This document shows positions 8,640-18,326 of a DNA stretch of 43,123 nt, piece after piece. The stretch covers positions 1 through 43,123 of the forward strand of contig JBCCXZ010000031.1 in the NCBI GenBank assembly GCA_039190745.1, read 5' to 3'. Below the pieces are notes generated by a model. That model was not told the DNA's origin. It saw nothing but the letters and a program-made list of their open reading frames with translations, and did not search any database. The translations under genes and the position numbers were made by a program. The first letter of the stretch is position 1. Each line of letters begins with the position of its first letter. Source of the DNA: Planctomycetota bacterium (GTDB taxonomy: Bacteria > Planctomycetota > Planctomycetia > Pirellulales > Lacipirellulaceae).

Positions 8640-10994
8640 TCAGTCTGCTGCGCTCGAATGTCCGGCGGGTTCCATCCGGCAGCTGGTCCGCAGCAGCGAC
8701 TCGGAGCTGCCGCCGACAAAGACACGGAACTCCCCGGGTTCCACCAAGAGATTCCCCGTTTCGTCCCGGAAACCAAAGGCGGCTGGCTGCAGCACGAACT
8801 CGACGGTCGCCGATTCGCCGGGTTCCAGGCTTACCTGCTCGAAGCCCCGCAGTTGCAGTACTGGTCGAGTCCGGGAAGCGACCGGGTCGCGTAGGTAGAG
8901 CTGCGCGGTTTCGACGCCCGCACGTTCCCCGATGTTTTTCACGTCCGCCGTTACCGTCAGCGTTTCGCCTTCGGTGAACGTTTCGTCGCTGAGCTTCAGG
9001 TTGCTGTACTTGAAAGTCGTGTAGCTTAGGCCGTGGCCGAACGGGAAGAGCGGCTCGTTGCTTTCGTCTTCGTAGTGCGAGTACCAAACCTGGGTGTCGT
9101 CTTCGACGCCCGGCCGGCCGGTGTTCTTGTGGTTGTAGTAGATGGGGGCCTGGCCGACGGACCGGGGAACGCTCGCGGCCAGCTTTGCGCTCGGGTTGTA
9201 CGCTCCCGTCAGGACATCGGCGATGGCGTGGCCCGACTGCGAGCCTAGGTGCCAAACCTGCAGGACGGCCGCGGCCAGTTCGCACTCCTCGGGGACGGCC
9301 AGCGGCCTGCCGCTCATCAGGAGGATGACGGTGTTCGGGTTGGCCGCGGTGACGGCCTTCACCAGTTGCGGTTGCACCCCGGGGAGATCGATCCGGGCCC
9401 GGCTCCGCGCTTCGCCCGATTGGTAGCAGTCCTCGCCGACCACGAGCAGCACCAGGTCGCTCTCCGCGGCCAGCTCCGCCGCTTCCTCGATCCCCGTGAG
9501 GTCGGTTTCGTTGACCGAAGACTTCAGCGCAAACCCGCGAGGAGTGTCGTTCAGCAGCCTGCAGCCCTCGGCGTGTGAAATCTTGGCGTGCTTGCCCAGG
9601 GCTGCCTGGACGCCCTCGAGCACGGTCACCGCAGAGTCTGCTGCCGCCTTGGCCCGCCAGGTACCCAGCGGGGCGTCGCGGTCGTCCGCGAGCGGGCCGA
9701 TGACGGCGATCGAGCCCACGCCTTCGGCAATTGGCAGCGCGTTGTCTCTGTTGTGCAGCAACACGATCGATTTGCGACCGGCCTCGCGTGACAGCGCGGT
9801 CATCGCTTCCGCGTCGGCTCGGGCGCCGCCGCCGCAGTAGCGGTACGGGTCGTCAAAGAGCCCCAGACGTTGTTTCAGGTCCAGCACGCGGTAGACCGAC
9901 TGATCGACCAGCGACTCGGGGACCACGCCGCTCTTGACCAACTCTTCGAGCTTCGAGGCGTACGCGTTGCCCTCCATGTCCATGTCGCACCCGCCCTCGA
10001 GCGACATCCGCGCCGCTTCTTTGAGGTTCGACGCGTAGCCGTGCAGCACGAGGTGTTGGCACGAGCCGTAGTCGGAGAGCACCAAGCCGCCGAAGCCCAG
10101 GTCTTTGCGGAGCACGCCCCGCAGCATGGCGCGGTCGGCGGTGGCCGGTATGCCGTTCACTTCGTTGAAGGCGGTCATTACCGAGACGGCGCCGGCGTCG
10201 ACGCCGGCGCGGAACGGCGGCATCACGACGTTCTGCAAGGTCATGCGGCTGATGTCGACGGTGTTGTAGTCCCGGCCCGCTTCGGCGAATCCGTAGGCAG
10301 CAAAGTGCTTGAGGCAAGCGGCGACGGTCTGCGGGTCTGCGAGGTCTTCGCCCTGGAACCCGCGGACCCTCGCGACGGCGATCTTGCTGCCGAGGTAGGG
10401 GTCTTCCCCCGCTCCTTCCACGACGCGGCCCCAGCGTGCGTCGCGGCTGACGTCCACCATGGGTGCAAACGTCCAGTGGATGCCCTCGTCGGTGGCCTCA
10501 ATCGCGGCGGCCGCGGCCGTCCGACGCATCAGGTCGAGGTCCCAACTGCAGGCTTCCGCCAGCGGCGTGGGGAACATCGTCTCGTACCCGTGAACGACGT
10601 CGTAGCCAAACAGCAGGGGGATCCCGAGGCGTGATTCTTCGACCGCGATACGCTGCGCGGTGCGGGTCGCGTCGACGCCGGTTACGTTGAGCATTGCACC
10701 GACCTTGCCGTTGCGGATCGCTTCGTATTTCTCTCTTTCCGGGCCGCGTTCTTGTACCGGCCCCGTAACGTCCCACAGCCCGGCCAGCATGTTGAGCTGG
10801 CCGGCTTTTTCGGCCATCGTCATCCGGCCGACGAGTTCGTCGATCGATACCGGAGCCGTGTCGACGGTTGCCGTATCTTGGGCGACGGCCAAAGGCGTCG
10901 CGGCGGTCCAGAGCAACGCGGCCGCGGCCGAGAGCGAGCGGGCGTGGGCAGGCAAGAGGCTTGCAAGCCGGCGCGGTGTGGTGTGGTGCATCAT
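8640..10994 (-). CDS. bglX: Periplasmic beta-glucosidase BglX-like (GH3)
   Basis: SRLGIPLLFGYDVVHG, FAPMVDVSRDARWGRVVEGAGEDP, KHFAAYG, VLSDYG (nucleophile Asp), PLFPFGHGLSYTTF, Fn3-like C-terminus, signal peptide. Start placed at ATG 10994 (track extends to 11030). Confidence 0.95.
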   Translation of the reverse strand: MMHHTTPRRLASLLPAHARSLSAAAALLWTAATPLAVAQDTATVDTAPVSIDELVGRMTMAEKAGQLNMLAGLWDVTGPVQERGPEREKYEAIRNGKVGAMLNVTGVDATRTAQRIAVEESRLGIPLLFGYDVVHGYETMFPTPLAEACSWDLDLMRRTAAAAAIEATDEGIHWTFAPMVDVSRDARWGRVVEGAGEDPYLGSKIAVARVRGFQGEDLADPQTVAACLKHFAAYGFAEAGRDYNTVDISRMTLQNVVMPPFRAGVDAGAVSVMTAFNEVNGIPATADRAMLRGVLRKDLGFGGLVLSDYGSCQHLVLHGYASNLKEAARMSLEGGCDMDMEGNAYASKLEELVKSGVVPESLVDQSVYRVLDLKQRLGLFDDPYRYCGGGARADAEAMTALSREAGRKSIVLLHNRDNALPIAEGVGSIAVIGPLADDRDAPLGTWRAKAAADSAVTVLEGVQAALGKHAKISHAEGCRLLNDTPRGFALKSSVNETDLTGIEEAAELAAESDLVLLVVGEDCYQSGEARSRARIDLPGVQPQLVKAVTAANPNTVILLMSGRPLAVPEECELAAAVLQVWHLGSQSGHAIADVLTGAYNPSAKLAASVPRSVGQAPIYYNHKNTGRPGVEDDTQVWYSHYEDESNEPLFPFGHGLSYTTFKYSNLKLSDETFTEGETLTVTADVKNIGERAGVETAQLYLRDPVASRTRPVLQLRGFEQVSLEPGESATVEFVLQPAAFGFRDETGNLLVEPGEFRVFVGGSSESLLRTSCRMEPAGHSSAAD

Positions 10995-11305
10995 TTTAGG
11001 ACGATGTGCTGTGTTCGTTCGAAGGAACAAGAAGAGCGTCCCCGAACATCCCGCCGGGGAGCAGCCAGGAGGCTATTCGCCGCTGGCGGCTGCATGTCGG
11101 TCGATTAAACTCCTCATTGTGGCATCCGCCGTCTGTTCACGCTATGCGCCAGACTAGACAACCGCTTTCTCTAGTCGGCTGATCACGCAACTCGGGCTTT
11201 CGGTTGTTTCAACAGACGCTCGAATTGCACGAGTCGTAACGTCGTTTCTCAAACTGTTGCGGTGGCCGTCGGGTAACTGTTCCTCGTCTTTAATGGAAGT
11301 TTGTC

Positions 11306-12961
11306 ATGTGCAGTCGGGCTTGTTGCAGAGCGTGCGTGGTCCTGGTTTTGGTCGCGCGGAGCGCCTCGGCTGCAGAGGAACCACCGCAGCCGAATATCTT
11401 GTGGCTAGTCGCGGAAGACCTCTCCCCGCGCCTTAGTTGCTACGGCGATACGACCGTGCAGACGCCGAACCTCGATCGGCTTGCCGCTGAGGGGGTCCGC
11501 TTCGATCGGGCTTTCGCCACCACGGGCGTCTGCGCCCCGGCGCGGCACACGATTATCACGGGTCTCTACGCGATGCAGAGCGGCGCCCAGTACATGCGGA
11601 CCGGGAGCCGCACCTCGGCGATCGACGAGATCCGTGACCGCGAACTCCGTCGGCGGGCCCTTGAGCGGCCGCTCTACGAGGCGACGCCTCCTGCGGGCGT
11701 CCGCTGTTTCCCCGAATACCTCCGCATGGCGGGCTACTACTGCGTCAATAACAGCAAAGAAGACTACCAGTTCAAGGCGCCGGTAACTGTCTGGGATGAT
11801 TCTTCTCGGAAGGCCCACTACCGCAATCGAGCGCCGGGGCAACCGTTCTTCGCCGTGTTCAACAACAATGTCACCCACGAGTCCGGCGTCCACGGAAATG
11901 GCCGCAGACCGCGCAGGGTGGACCGGGCCACCGTCCCAGTGCCGAGCTTCCTGCCGGATACCGAAGTCGTCCGCGAAGACATCGCACGGCATTACGACAA
12001 CCTGCTCGCGCTCGACGCATGGATCGGCAATATGCTCCGGGAGCTTGAAGAGGCCGGGCTGGCGAAATCAACGTATGTGTTTTTCTACGGCGACCATGGC
12101 GACGGCCTCCCTCGGCACAAGCGGTGGGTGTACGACTCGGGCACCCGCGTTCCGCTGATCGTTCGCTCGCCAGACGGAAGCGGCTCTGGTTCCGTGGACG
12201 ACGGGCTGATGAGCTTCATAGACTTCGCCCCGACGGTCCTCTCGCTCGCCGGCGTCGAGCGTCCCTCCTACATGCCCGGGCGTGTGTTCGCCGGTCCTGA
12301 ACGCGAGCCGGCGCAGGAGTATGTGTTCATGAACCGCGACCGCATGGACGACACCTCGTTCGAGACGACCCGCTCCGCCCGCGACGAGCGCTACCGCTAC
12401 GTGAGGAACTACCAACCCCAGCGGCCGTACCTGCAGCCGGTCGCTTACCGCGACCGCGCGGCCACGATGGGCGAGGTCTATCGGGTGCTCGAGTCGGGAG
12501 ACGTGCCGGAGCCGATGTGGCAGTGGGCGGTGAAGAGCAAGCCGATCGAGGAGTTGTACGATACCCAGGCGGACCCCGACGAGGTGCAGAACCTCGCCGC
12601 AGACCCCGCCTATGCCGAGACTAAAGCGCGGCTGGCCGCGGCCCTGGAAGCGTGGGTCGAGCGGATCGACGACCCGCTCGCCGCGGACGAGCTCGAAGTC
12701 ATCCGCACACGCATCTGGCCGCCGGAGGGTCGGCAGCCGACTACCGCCGCCGCCGAGGCCCGGCTCGAGGGTTCCGGAGCCGCCCGGCGTGTTGTCTTGG
12801 AGTCTGCGACCGAGGGGGCGAGCATCGGCTACCGGGTCGGCGGGGCGGGGTCTTGGACCGTCTATGCCGGCCCGTTTCAACCGCCCGCAGAGCCCTTCGA
12901 GACCGTTGCCCATCGGATCGGCTGGAAGCCCGCCCGGGCTGAGGTCTCGCTCGCTGACTGA
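11306..12961 (+). CDS. Sulfatase (S1 family) with small C-terminal beta domain
   Basis: Signal peptide, PNILWLVAEDLS, VCAPARHTIITG (CxPxR), FFYGDHG, EELYDTQADPDEVQNLA. Confidence 0.93.
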   Translation: MCSRACCRACVVLVLVARSASAAEEPPQPNILWLVAEDLSPRLSCYGDTTVQTPNLDRLAAEGVRFDRAFATTGVCAPARHTIITGLYAMQSGAQYMRTGSRTSAIDEIRDRELRRRALERPLYEATPPAGVRCFPEYLRMAGYYCVNNSKEDYQFKAPVTVWDDSSRKAHYRNRAPGQPFFAVFNNNVTHESGVHGNGRRPRRVDRATVPVPSFLPDTEVVREDIARHYDNLLALDAWIGNMLRELEEAGLAKSTYVFFYGDHGDGLPRHKRWVYDSGTRVPLIVRSPDGSGSGSVDDGLMSFIDFAPTVLSLAGVERPSYMPGRVFAGPEREPAQEYVFMNRDRMDDTSFETTRSARDERYRYVRNYQPQRPYLQPVAYRDRAATMGEVYRVLESGDVPEPMWQWAVKSKPIEELYDTQADPDEVQNLAADPAYAETKARLAAALEAWVERIDDPLAADELEVIRTRIWPPEGRQPTTAAAEARLEGSGAARRVVLESATEGASIGYRVGGAGSWTVYAGPFQPPAEPFETVAHRIGWKPARAEVSLAD

Positions 12962-13123
12962 GGCCGCAGAGCCCTAATAACCCCAACTGTTTGCCGCATC
13001 GGTTGCGACGGATCATAGTAAGGCTTCTGCGACGGCTCGGGGCGCCGTCGGAGGGCAGGCCGCGTATCTCGCGGGCGGCGTGGGCGGCCTGGCCAGAGTG
13101 CAGACAATAAAATCGGACAGAGC

Positions 13124-16093
13124 ATGGCGTCTTGGACTGAGAAGATCCTCGCGTGGAAGCTTGCCGCGCGAAAACGCCCGAGTAACCGGAGCCGGCTGGG
13201 CGGCCGACAACTGCGTCTGCAGCCGCTCGAGCACCGGCTGGCGCTGACCGCGACGCCCGTCGGTTCGCCGACGCTCGTCAACGACGTCGCGGTGCGCGAC
13301 CAGAGCGTTGAGCCCTCCGTCATGGCCGTCGCAGCGAACGACGTGAACCGCGTCGTGGTCTACCAAGGCTACGGGGCCGTCGACAGCGAAGGCGTGTTCG
13401 CGGATGTCACCGCGACCGCCGACGGCTCGGCCGTCGCGTCGTTCCGGGTCAACACCACCGTGACGGCCGAGCAGCACTCGCCCGCGGCGGCGATGTTCGT
13501 CGACGGCGGGTTCGTCGTCGCGTGGGCGGGACGCGGGGACGGGGACCTGCACGGCGTTTTCTTTCAAAGGTTCGCCAGCGACGGGACCGCCGTCGGCGGG
13601 GAGACGCTGGTCAACACCACCGTGGGAGGGGTACAGCACTCGCCCGCGGTCGCGGTCGCGTCGGACGGTTCGTTTACGGTTGCCTGGGCCGGTGCGGGAG
13701 TGGGCGACGCCAACGGCGTCTACCTTCAACGCTTCAATGCGGAAGGCGTTGCACAAGGCGGCGAGGTGCTGGTCAACACCGAGGTGACCGACCGGCAAGA
13801 CGCCCCCGCGCTTGTGTACGACTCCGGAGACACGCTGTACGTCGCCTGGCAGAGCCGCGGGCAAGACGGCTCCGGGTGGGGCGTGTACTCCCAGCGGTTC
13901 AACCTGGCGGGCGACCGTCTCGATGTTGAGACGCAACTCAACTCGACCACTTCGGATACCCAAGCCGCCCCCGCCGTGGCGGCGGTCCCCGGCGGCGGCG
14001 TGGTCGCCGCGTGGCAGAGCCGCGGGCAGGACGGAGACGGCTGGGGCGTGGTCGCGCGGGCGTTCGACGCCAGCCTGGCAGCAACCACCGGCGAGGTCGT
14101 GCTCAACGACACGGCGGAGGGCGAGCAGCTGGACGTAGCCATCGCGGTTGCTTCGGACGGGCAGTGGCTCGCTTCGTGGAGCCACGGCGTCGAGGATGGC
14201 AGTGGCTGGGAGGTCGACGGCGGCAATTTTCGGCCCGACGGAACGCCGGACGGCGCCAGCTTCGAGATCAACACCGACCCGGGCGACGCGGGCTCCGGCC
14301 ACCAGCGCTCCCCCGCGGTCGCCGTGGTTGGAGAGTCCGGCGTTGTGGTGTGGTCTGGCAACGGGACCCCCGACGATCAGGGCGTCTACTCGCAGGACTA
14401 CGACTTGGAGGTCGAAGAAAACGTCGGCCCCGACTTGGCCCCGATCCAGTCGCGTCAGTCGGGCGTCAACAACGAAGTGGTGGTCACCGTCACGGCGACC
14501 GACGAGAACGAGTCGGACGTGCTGACGTTCTCCCTCGACCCGGACGACTCTCCAGAGACCGCCACGATCGAGCAGACCGGCGACCGAACGGCCGTCATCC
14601 GCTGGACGCCGACCCCGCTCGAGGCCGGCCAGGAGTTTTCCTTCCGGGTGATCGTCACAGACTCGGGCTTCCCGCCGCTAAGCGACTCGGAGAGCTTCAC
14701 GGTGGCCGTGCTCGAGTCCGACGCTGCCGATCTGGTCGGCTTCGCGACGGCACTGGACGCCGCGAACGCCCAGTTCTTCGGCGCCGCGTGGAGCGAGTCG
14801 ACCGCCCAGCAGCGTGAGCTATTCGAGGACGGGGGCCAGTTCCTGCCGTTCACCGACGTCACAAACCCCGACCGTTCGCTCAACGCCGCCGCGGCCGCGA
14901 ACAACATCACCGACCCCGAGACACCGGTCTGGGTGTTTGAGGACGGCACGCGGCTGGAAGGCGTGCAGAGCCTGCAAGCGATCTCAGCAGCCTCCGGCGT
15001 GGCGATCCCCACGTCGAACGCGCCATTCATCGCGCCGCTCCCGGACGAGACGCTGCTGGCGGGTTCGCCGCTGCACGTTCCGCTGGACGGCTACGACCCG
15101 AACGGCGGGCCGTTGACGTTTACCGTCTCCAGCGACAACCCCGACGTGTCGGCGGAGATCATCCAGGGCAACCGCTCGATCGTTATGGACGTCGAAGGCT
15201 TCGGAGATATGACCTTCGAGCTGTTCGAGCAGCGTGCCCCAAGGGCGACCGAGCGGGTGATCGACCTGGCGATGAACGACTTCTACGACGACCTGATCTT
15301 CCACCGCGTGTTCGACGACTTCGTCATCCAGGCCGGCAGCCCGGAACTCAGCGGGGTTGAGCGGGACCCTGTCGACAATTTTGATGATCAGTTCAATGTC
15401 GACTTGCAGCACAACCGTACGGGCCTGCTGTCCTTCGCGAAGCTGCCGACCGACGATACGAACAGCTCGCAGTTCTTCGTCACCGAAGGGCCGGCCCGCT
15501 CGCTCGACTTCCAGCACTCGATCTTCGGCATCCTGACCGAGGGCGAGGACGTCAGGGAGGCGATCAGCAGCACGGCGACCACAGGCCCGAGCGATGCGCC
15601 CGTGCCGATCAACGACGTGGTCATCAACTCGATCGATGTCTTCACCGACACCGAGAACGCTGCGCTCATGCTCAAGGCTGACCCCGGCGTCACAGGCACG
15701 GCGAACATCACCGTGACGGTTACCGACCAGAACGGCGTCATGTCCGAGCGGACGTTCGCGGTGACGCTGGCCGAAGACACGGTCAACGGCCAACCGTTCT
15801 TGGAGGACATCGACCCCGTCTCCTCCCCGAGCGGCACGCCTGCCCAGTTCCAGCTGGTTGCCGTCGATGTCGAGGGTGATGACGTCCTCTTCGAAGCGGA
15901 ACTGAACGCCAGTGAGACCGGCAACTTCACAGTCGAGGTGACGGACACCGGGCTGGTCACTGTGACCCCGCCCGACGGCTTCGTTGGCGACGTCGATATC
16001 GACGTCCGCGTCCGGCGTGACGCGAACTCCGACGGCGTCCCTGACAACGCGACCGATGTCGATTCGCAGCTTGTCACGATCGAATTCACCTAG
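13124..16093 (+). CDS. Secreted multidomain cyclophilin-type peptidyl-prolyl isomerase (repeat domain, cadherin/Ig-like domains, thioredoxin-like module, cyclophilin)
   Basis: Planctomycete LQPLEHRLAL signal; seven ~55-aa VNT...Q..P.VA...W..G.DG..GV..QRF repeats; cyclophilin motifs FHRVFDDFVIQAG, SSQFFVT, LDFQHSIFG. Confidence 0.88.
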   Translation: MASWTEKILAWKLAARKRPSNRSRLGGRQLRLQPLEHRLALTATPVGSPTLVNDVAVRDQSVEPSVMAVAANDVNRVVVYQGYGAVDSEGVFADVTATADGSAVASFRVNTTVTAEQHSPAAAMFVDGGFVVAWAGRGDGDLHGVFFQRFASDGTAVGGETLVNTTVGGVQHSPAVAVASDGSFTVAWAGAGVGDANGVYLQRFNAEGVAQGGEVLVNTEVTDRQDAPALVYDSGDTLYVAWQSRGQDGSGWGVYSQRFNLAGDRLDVETQLNSTTSDTQAAPAVAAVPGGGVVAAWQSRGQDGDGWGVVARAFDASLAATTGEVVLNDTAEGEQLDVAIAVASDGQWLASWSHGVEDGSGWEVDGGNFRPDGTPDGASFEINTDPGDAGSGHQRSPAVAVVGESGVVVWSGNGTPDDQGVYSQDYDLEVEENVGPDLAPIQSRQSGVNNEVVVTVTATDENESDVLTFSLDPDDSPETATIEQTGDRTAVIRWTPTPLEAGQEFSFRVIVTDSGFPPLSDSESFTVAVLESDAADLVGFATALDAANAQFFGAAWSESTAQQRELFEDGGQFLPFTDVTNPDRSLNAAAAANNITDPETPVWVFEDGTRLEGVQSLQAISAASGVAIPTSNAPFIAPLPDETLLAGSPLHVPLDGYDPNGGPLTFTVSSDNPDVSAEIIQGNRSIVMDVEGFGDMTFELFEQRAPRATERVIDLAMNDFYDDLIFHRVFDDFVIQAGSPELSGVERDPVDNFDDQFNVDLQHNRTGLLSFAKLPTDDTNSSQFFVTEGPARSLDFQHSIFGILTEGEDVREAISSTATTGPSDAPVPINDVVINSIDVFTDTENAALMLKADPGVTGTANITVTVTDQNGVMSERTFAVTLAEDTVNGQPFLEDIDPVSSPSGTPAQFQLVAVDVEGDDVLFEAELNASETGNFTVEVTDTGLVTVTPPDGFVGDVDIDVRVRRDANSDGVPDNATDVDSQLVTIEFT

Positions 16094-16268
16094 CGGCGGC
16101 CATTGCTAGCGACGCCAGGGCATCGTCAGGGTCTTCCGGATCAGAACATCCGGAATAACTAGATTCCCTTGCGCAGCCTGCCGATTATCCCAGTGGCGGC
16201 CGTAACCGCGTTGTCGGCTCACGGTCCGGCCATTCCGCACAGTCAGCAATCAGGGCGGGGGATCGGCG

Positions 16269-17489
16269 ATGGAACGCAAGTCGCTAGCGACAGCACTGGC
16301 AGTCCTGCTCGTTACTTTGAGCGTTGCCGGCCACGCGCGGGCTCAGAACCGCGGACGCAAGGTCTACAACCCGGTCACGAAGCAGTACGAGATCGAGCCC
16401 CGCCCGCAGAGGCGTCGAGCCGCCGTGCAGCATCCGCTGCCGACCGCCGCCGACTACCAGCAGCCAACGAGCTACCAGAAGCAGACTAGTGTGCCGGAGA
16501 GGGAGCCGGAGTTCGACTTCGTCGACCCGGTCGGCCACCAGTACGGCTGCGACTGCGGCGATTGCCTCGCTTGCGGCGACGCGATCGGCGGCTGCGGCTG
16601 CGGCGCACCGCCGGCGGCCTTCTTCGTCGCGTTCGAATCCACCTTCCTCAAGCCCCGCTACGCGAGCAACGTCGCGTTCACCACCACCGAGAGCGACGCC
16701 GGGGGCACGTTCGAGTCGATTACCGACACCGAATTCGATTACGACCTCGAGTTCAGCCCCAGGGTCTTCGTGGGCTGGCGACGGGACGACGGCGTCGGGC
16801 TTCGGGCCACCTGGTGGCGATTCGACGAGGCGGCTTCCCTCGCCTCGGCCAATCCGCCGGCGAACGGGTTCGGCAACATCACGCACCCCGATTTTGGTGC
16901 GGTCGATATCTCGTCGGTGGACCCGAACGACACGTTCGCGGCCGGCGCTGATCTGACGGCCTACACCATCGACCTCGAAGCCACCAAAGAGACGCGGTTC
17001 TACGGGTGGGACCTCGGCGTCGCCGGAGGCATCCGCTACGCCTACGCCGAGCAGGGCTATATCGCTCAACTGACCGACCAGAACCAACTGCTGCTTGGGT
17101 CGATCGATTTCCGGCAGCAAGTGGAAGGCTTTGGCCCCACGATCTCGCTGAGCGCCGCCCGAGAGCTGGCCTACCGCATCGACGTGTTCTGCCGCGGAAG
17201 GGGTTCGATCCTGTTCGGCGACGGCGAGAGCACGCTCGAGTCTGGGCAGAGCCTCGTCACCTCGAACCCGGCCACGACGACACGCACCACCAACCGCGAC
17301 GACCTGCTCTCGATCGGCGAGGTGCAAGTCGGCCTCGGCTGGAAGGCCCGGCGACGCGGCCAGTCGATCTTGCCGTTCGTGACCCTCGCGATGGAGGGCC
17401 AGATCTGGAACGGCGCCGGCACCGCCACAAGCGAAGACGGCGACCTCGGGTTCTTCGGCTTCACTTCGGCGTTCGGACTCGACTGGTAG
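16269..17489 (+). CDS. Lpg1974/BBP7-like outer-membrane beta-barrel protein
   Basis: Signal peptide, Cys-rich spacer (GCDCGDCLACG...GCGCG), amphipathic strands (SPRVFVGW, YTIDLE, GGIRYA, GFGPTI, EGQIW), terminal aromatic residue (FGLDW). Confidence 0.75.
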   Translation: MERKSLATALAVLLVTLSVAGHARAQNRGRKVYNPVTKQYEIEPRPQRRRAAVQHPLPTAADYQQPTSYQKQTSVPEREPEFDFVDPVGHQYGCDCGDCLACGDAIGGCGCGAPPAAFFVAFESTFLKPRYASNVAFTTTESDAGGTFESITDTEFDYDLEFSPRVFVGWRRDDGVGLRATWWRFDEAASLASANPPANGFGNITHPDFGAVDISSVDPNDTFAAGADLTAYTIDLEATKETRFYGWDLGVAGGIRYAYAEQGYIAQLTDQNQLLLGSIDFRQQVEGFGPTISLSAARELAYRIDVFCRGRGSILFGDGESTLESGQSLVTSNPATTTRTTNRDDLLSIGEVQVGLGWKARRRGQSILPFVTLAMEGQIWNGAGTATSEDGDLGFFGFTSAFGLDW

Positions 17490-17520
17490 CGGGCGGAGGG
17501 CTGGTAGCGATTTGGGGCCG

Positions 17521-18237
17521 CTAGCCGCGCAACCCGTCCCACAACGCCGACCCCACACGCAGGATTGTCGAGCCCTCCGCGACCGCCGCTTCAAGGTCGC
17601 CGGTCATTCCCATTGAGAGGTGCGGCAGACCTTCCGGGGCAGAGCCGGCGTCGAGCAGCTCGTCCCGCAGTTCACGCAGCGAGGCAAAATTCCGCTGCGC
17701 TTCCGCCGGTCCGCCCTCTCGGGCGGCCATCGTCATCAGCCCGCGGACCTGCACGTGCTCCGCCTGTTGGGATTCCGCAAGCACCGCTCGGACGCCGTCG
17801 GGGTCCAGGCCGTGCTTCTCGGCGTCTCCGGAGCAGTTCACTTCGAGGAGAACCTCCGCGGTAGAACCGGCTTCAGCGGCCGCGGAGTCGATCGCCCGGA
17901 GCAGGCGGGTGCTGTCGACGCTGTGGATCAACGCGGTGAGGGGCACGGTGCGCTTGGCCTTGTTCCGCTGCAGGTGACCGATGAGGTGCCATCGGGCATT
18001 CTGAAGCCCCGAGGCGCCCGCCTTCTCCCAGAGCTGCTGCGGGCGGCTCTCCCCGAGGTTGAGTTCCCCCGAGGTGGCGAGCAACGCGGTTAGCGAAGCG
18101 TCGACGTACTTGGAGACACAAACCAAGACAATGCCGGACCGATCGCGGCCCGCGTCGGCCGCCGCCCGGTCGATCCGCTCGCGGACGCGAGCCAGATTAC
18201 TTGCTAGGATGTCGGCGGCGTTTGAGGGGTGGGTCAT
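17521..18237 (-). CDS. yggS: YggS family pyridoxal-phosphate homeostasis protein
   Basis: LVCVSKY, LGESRPQQL, WHLIGHLQRNK, IHSVDS, GLMTMA, LSMGMTGD, RVGSAL; ATG 18237. Confidence 0.96.
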   Translation of the reverse strand: MTHPSNAADILASNLARVRERIDRAAADAGRDRSGIVLVCVSKYVDASLTALLATSGELNLGESRPQQLWEKAGASGLQNARWHLIGHLQRNKAKRTVPLTALIHSVDSTRLLRAIDSAAAEAGSTAEVLLEVNCSGDAEKHGLDPDGVRAVLAESQQAEHVQVRGLMTMAAREGGPAEAQRNFASLRELRDELLDAGSAPEGLPHLSMGMTGDLEAAVAEGSTILRVGSALWDGLRG

Positions 18238-18326
18238 GTGGTTCTCTGGCCTTACACCACCTCCCGCTGCTCCGCCTGGGCTATTAACCGCGAAGCGTTC
18301 GCAGTTGGCCCCCGTCGCAACTGGTC

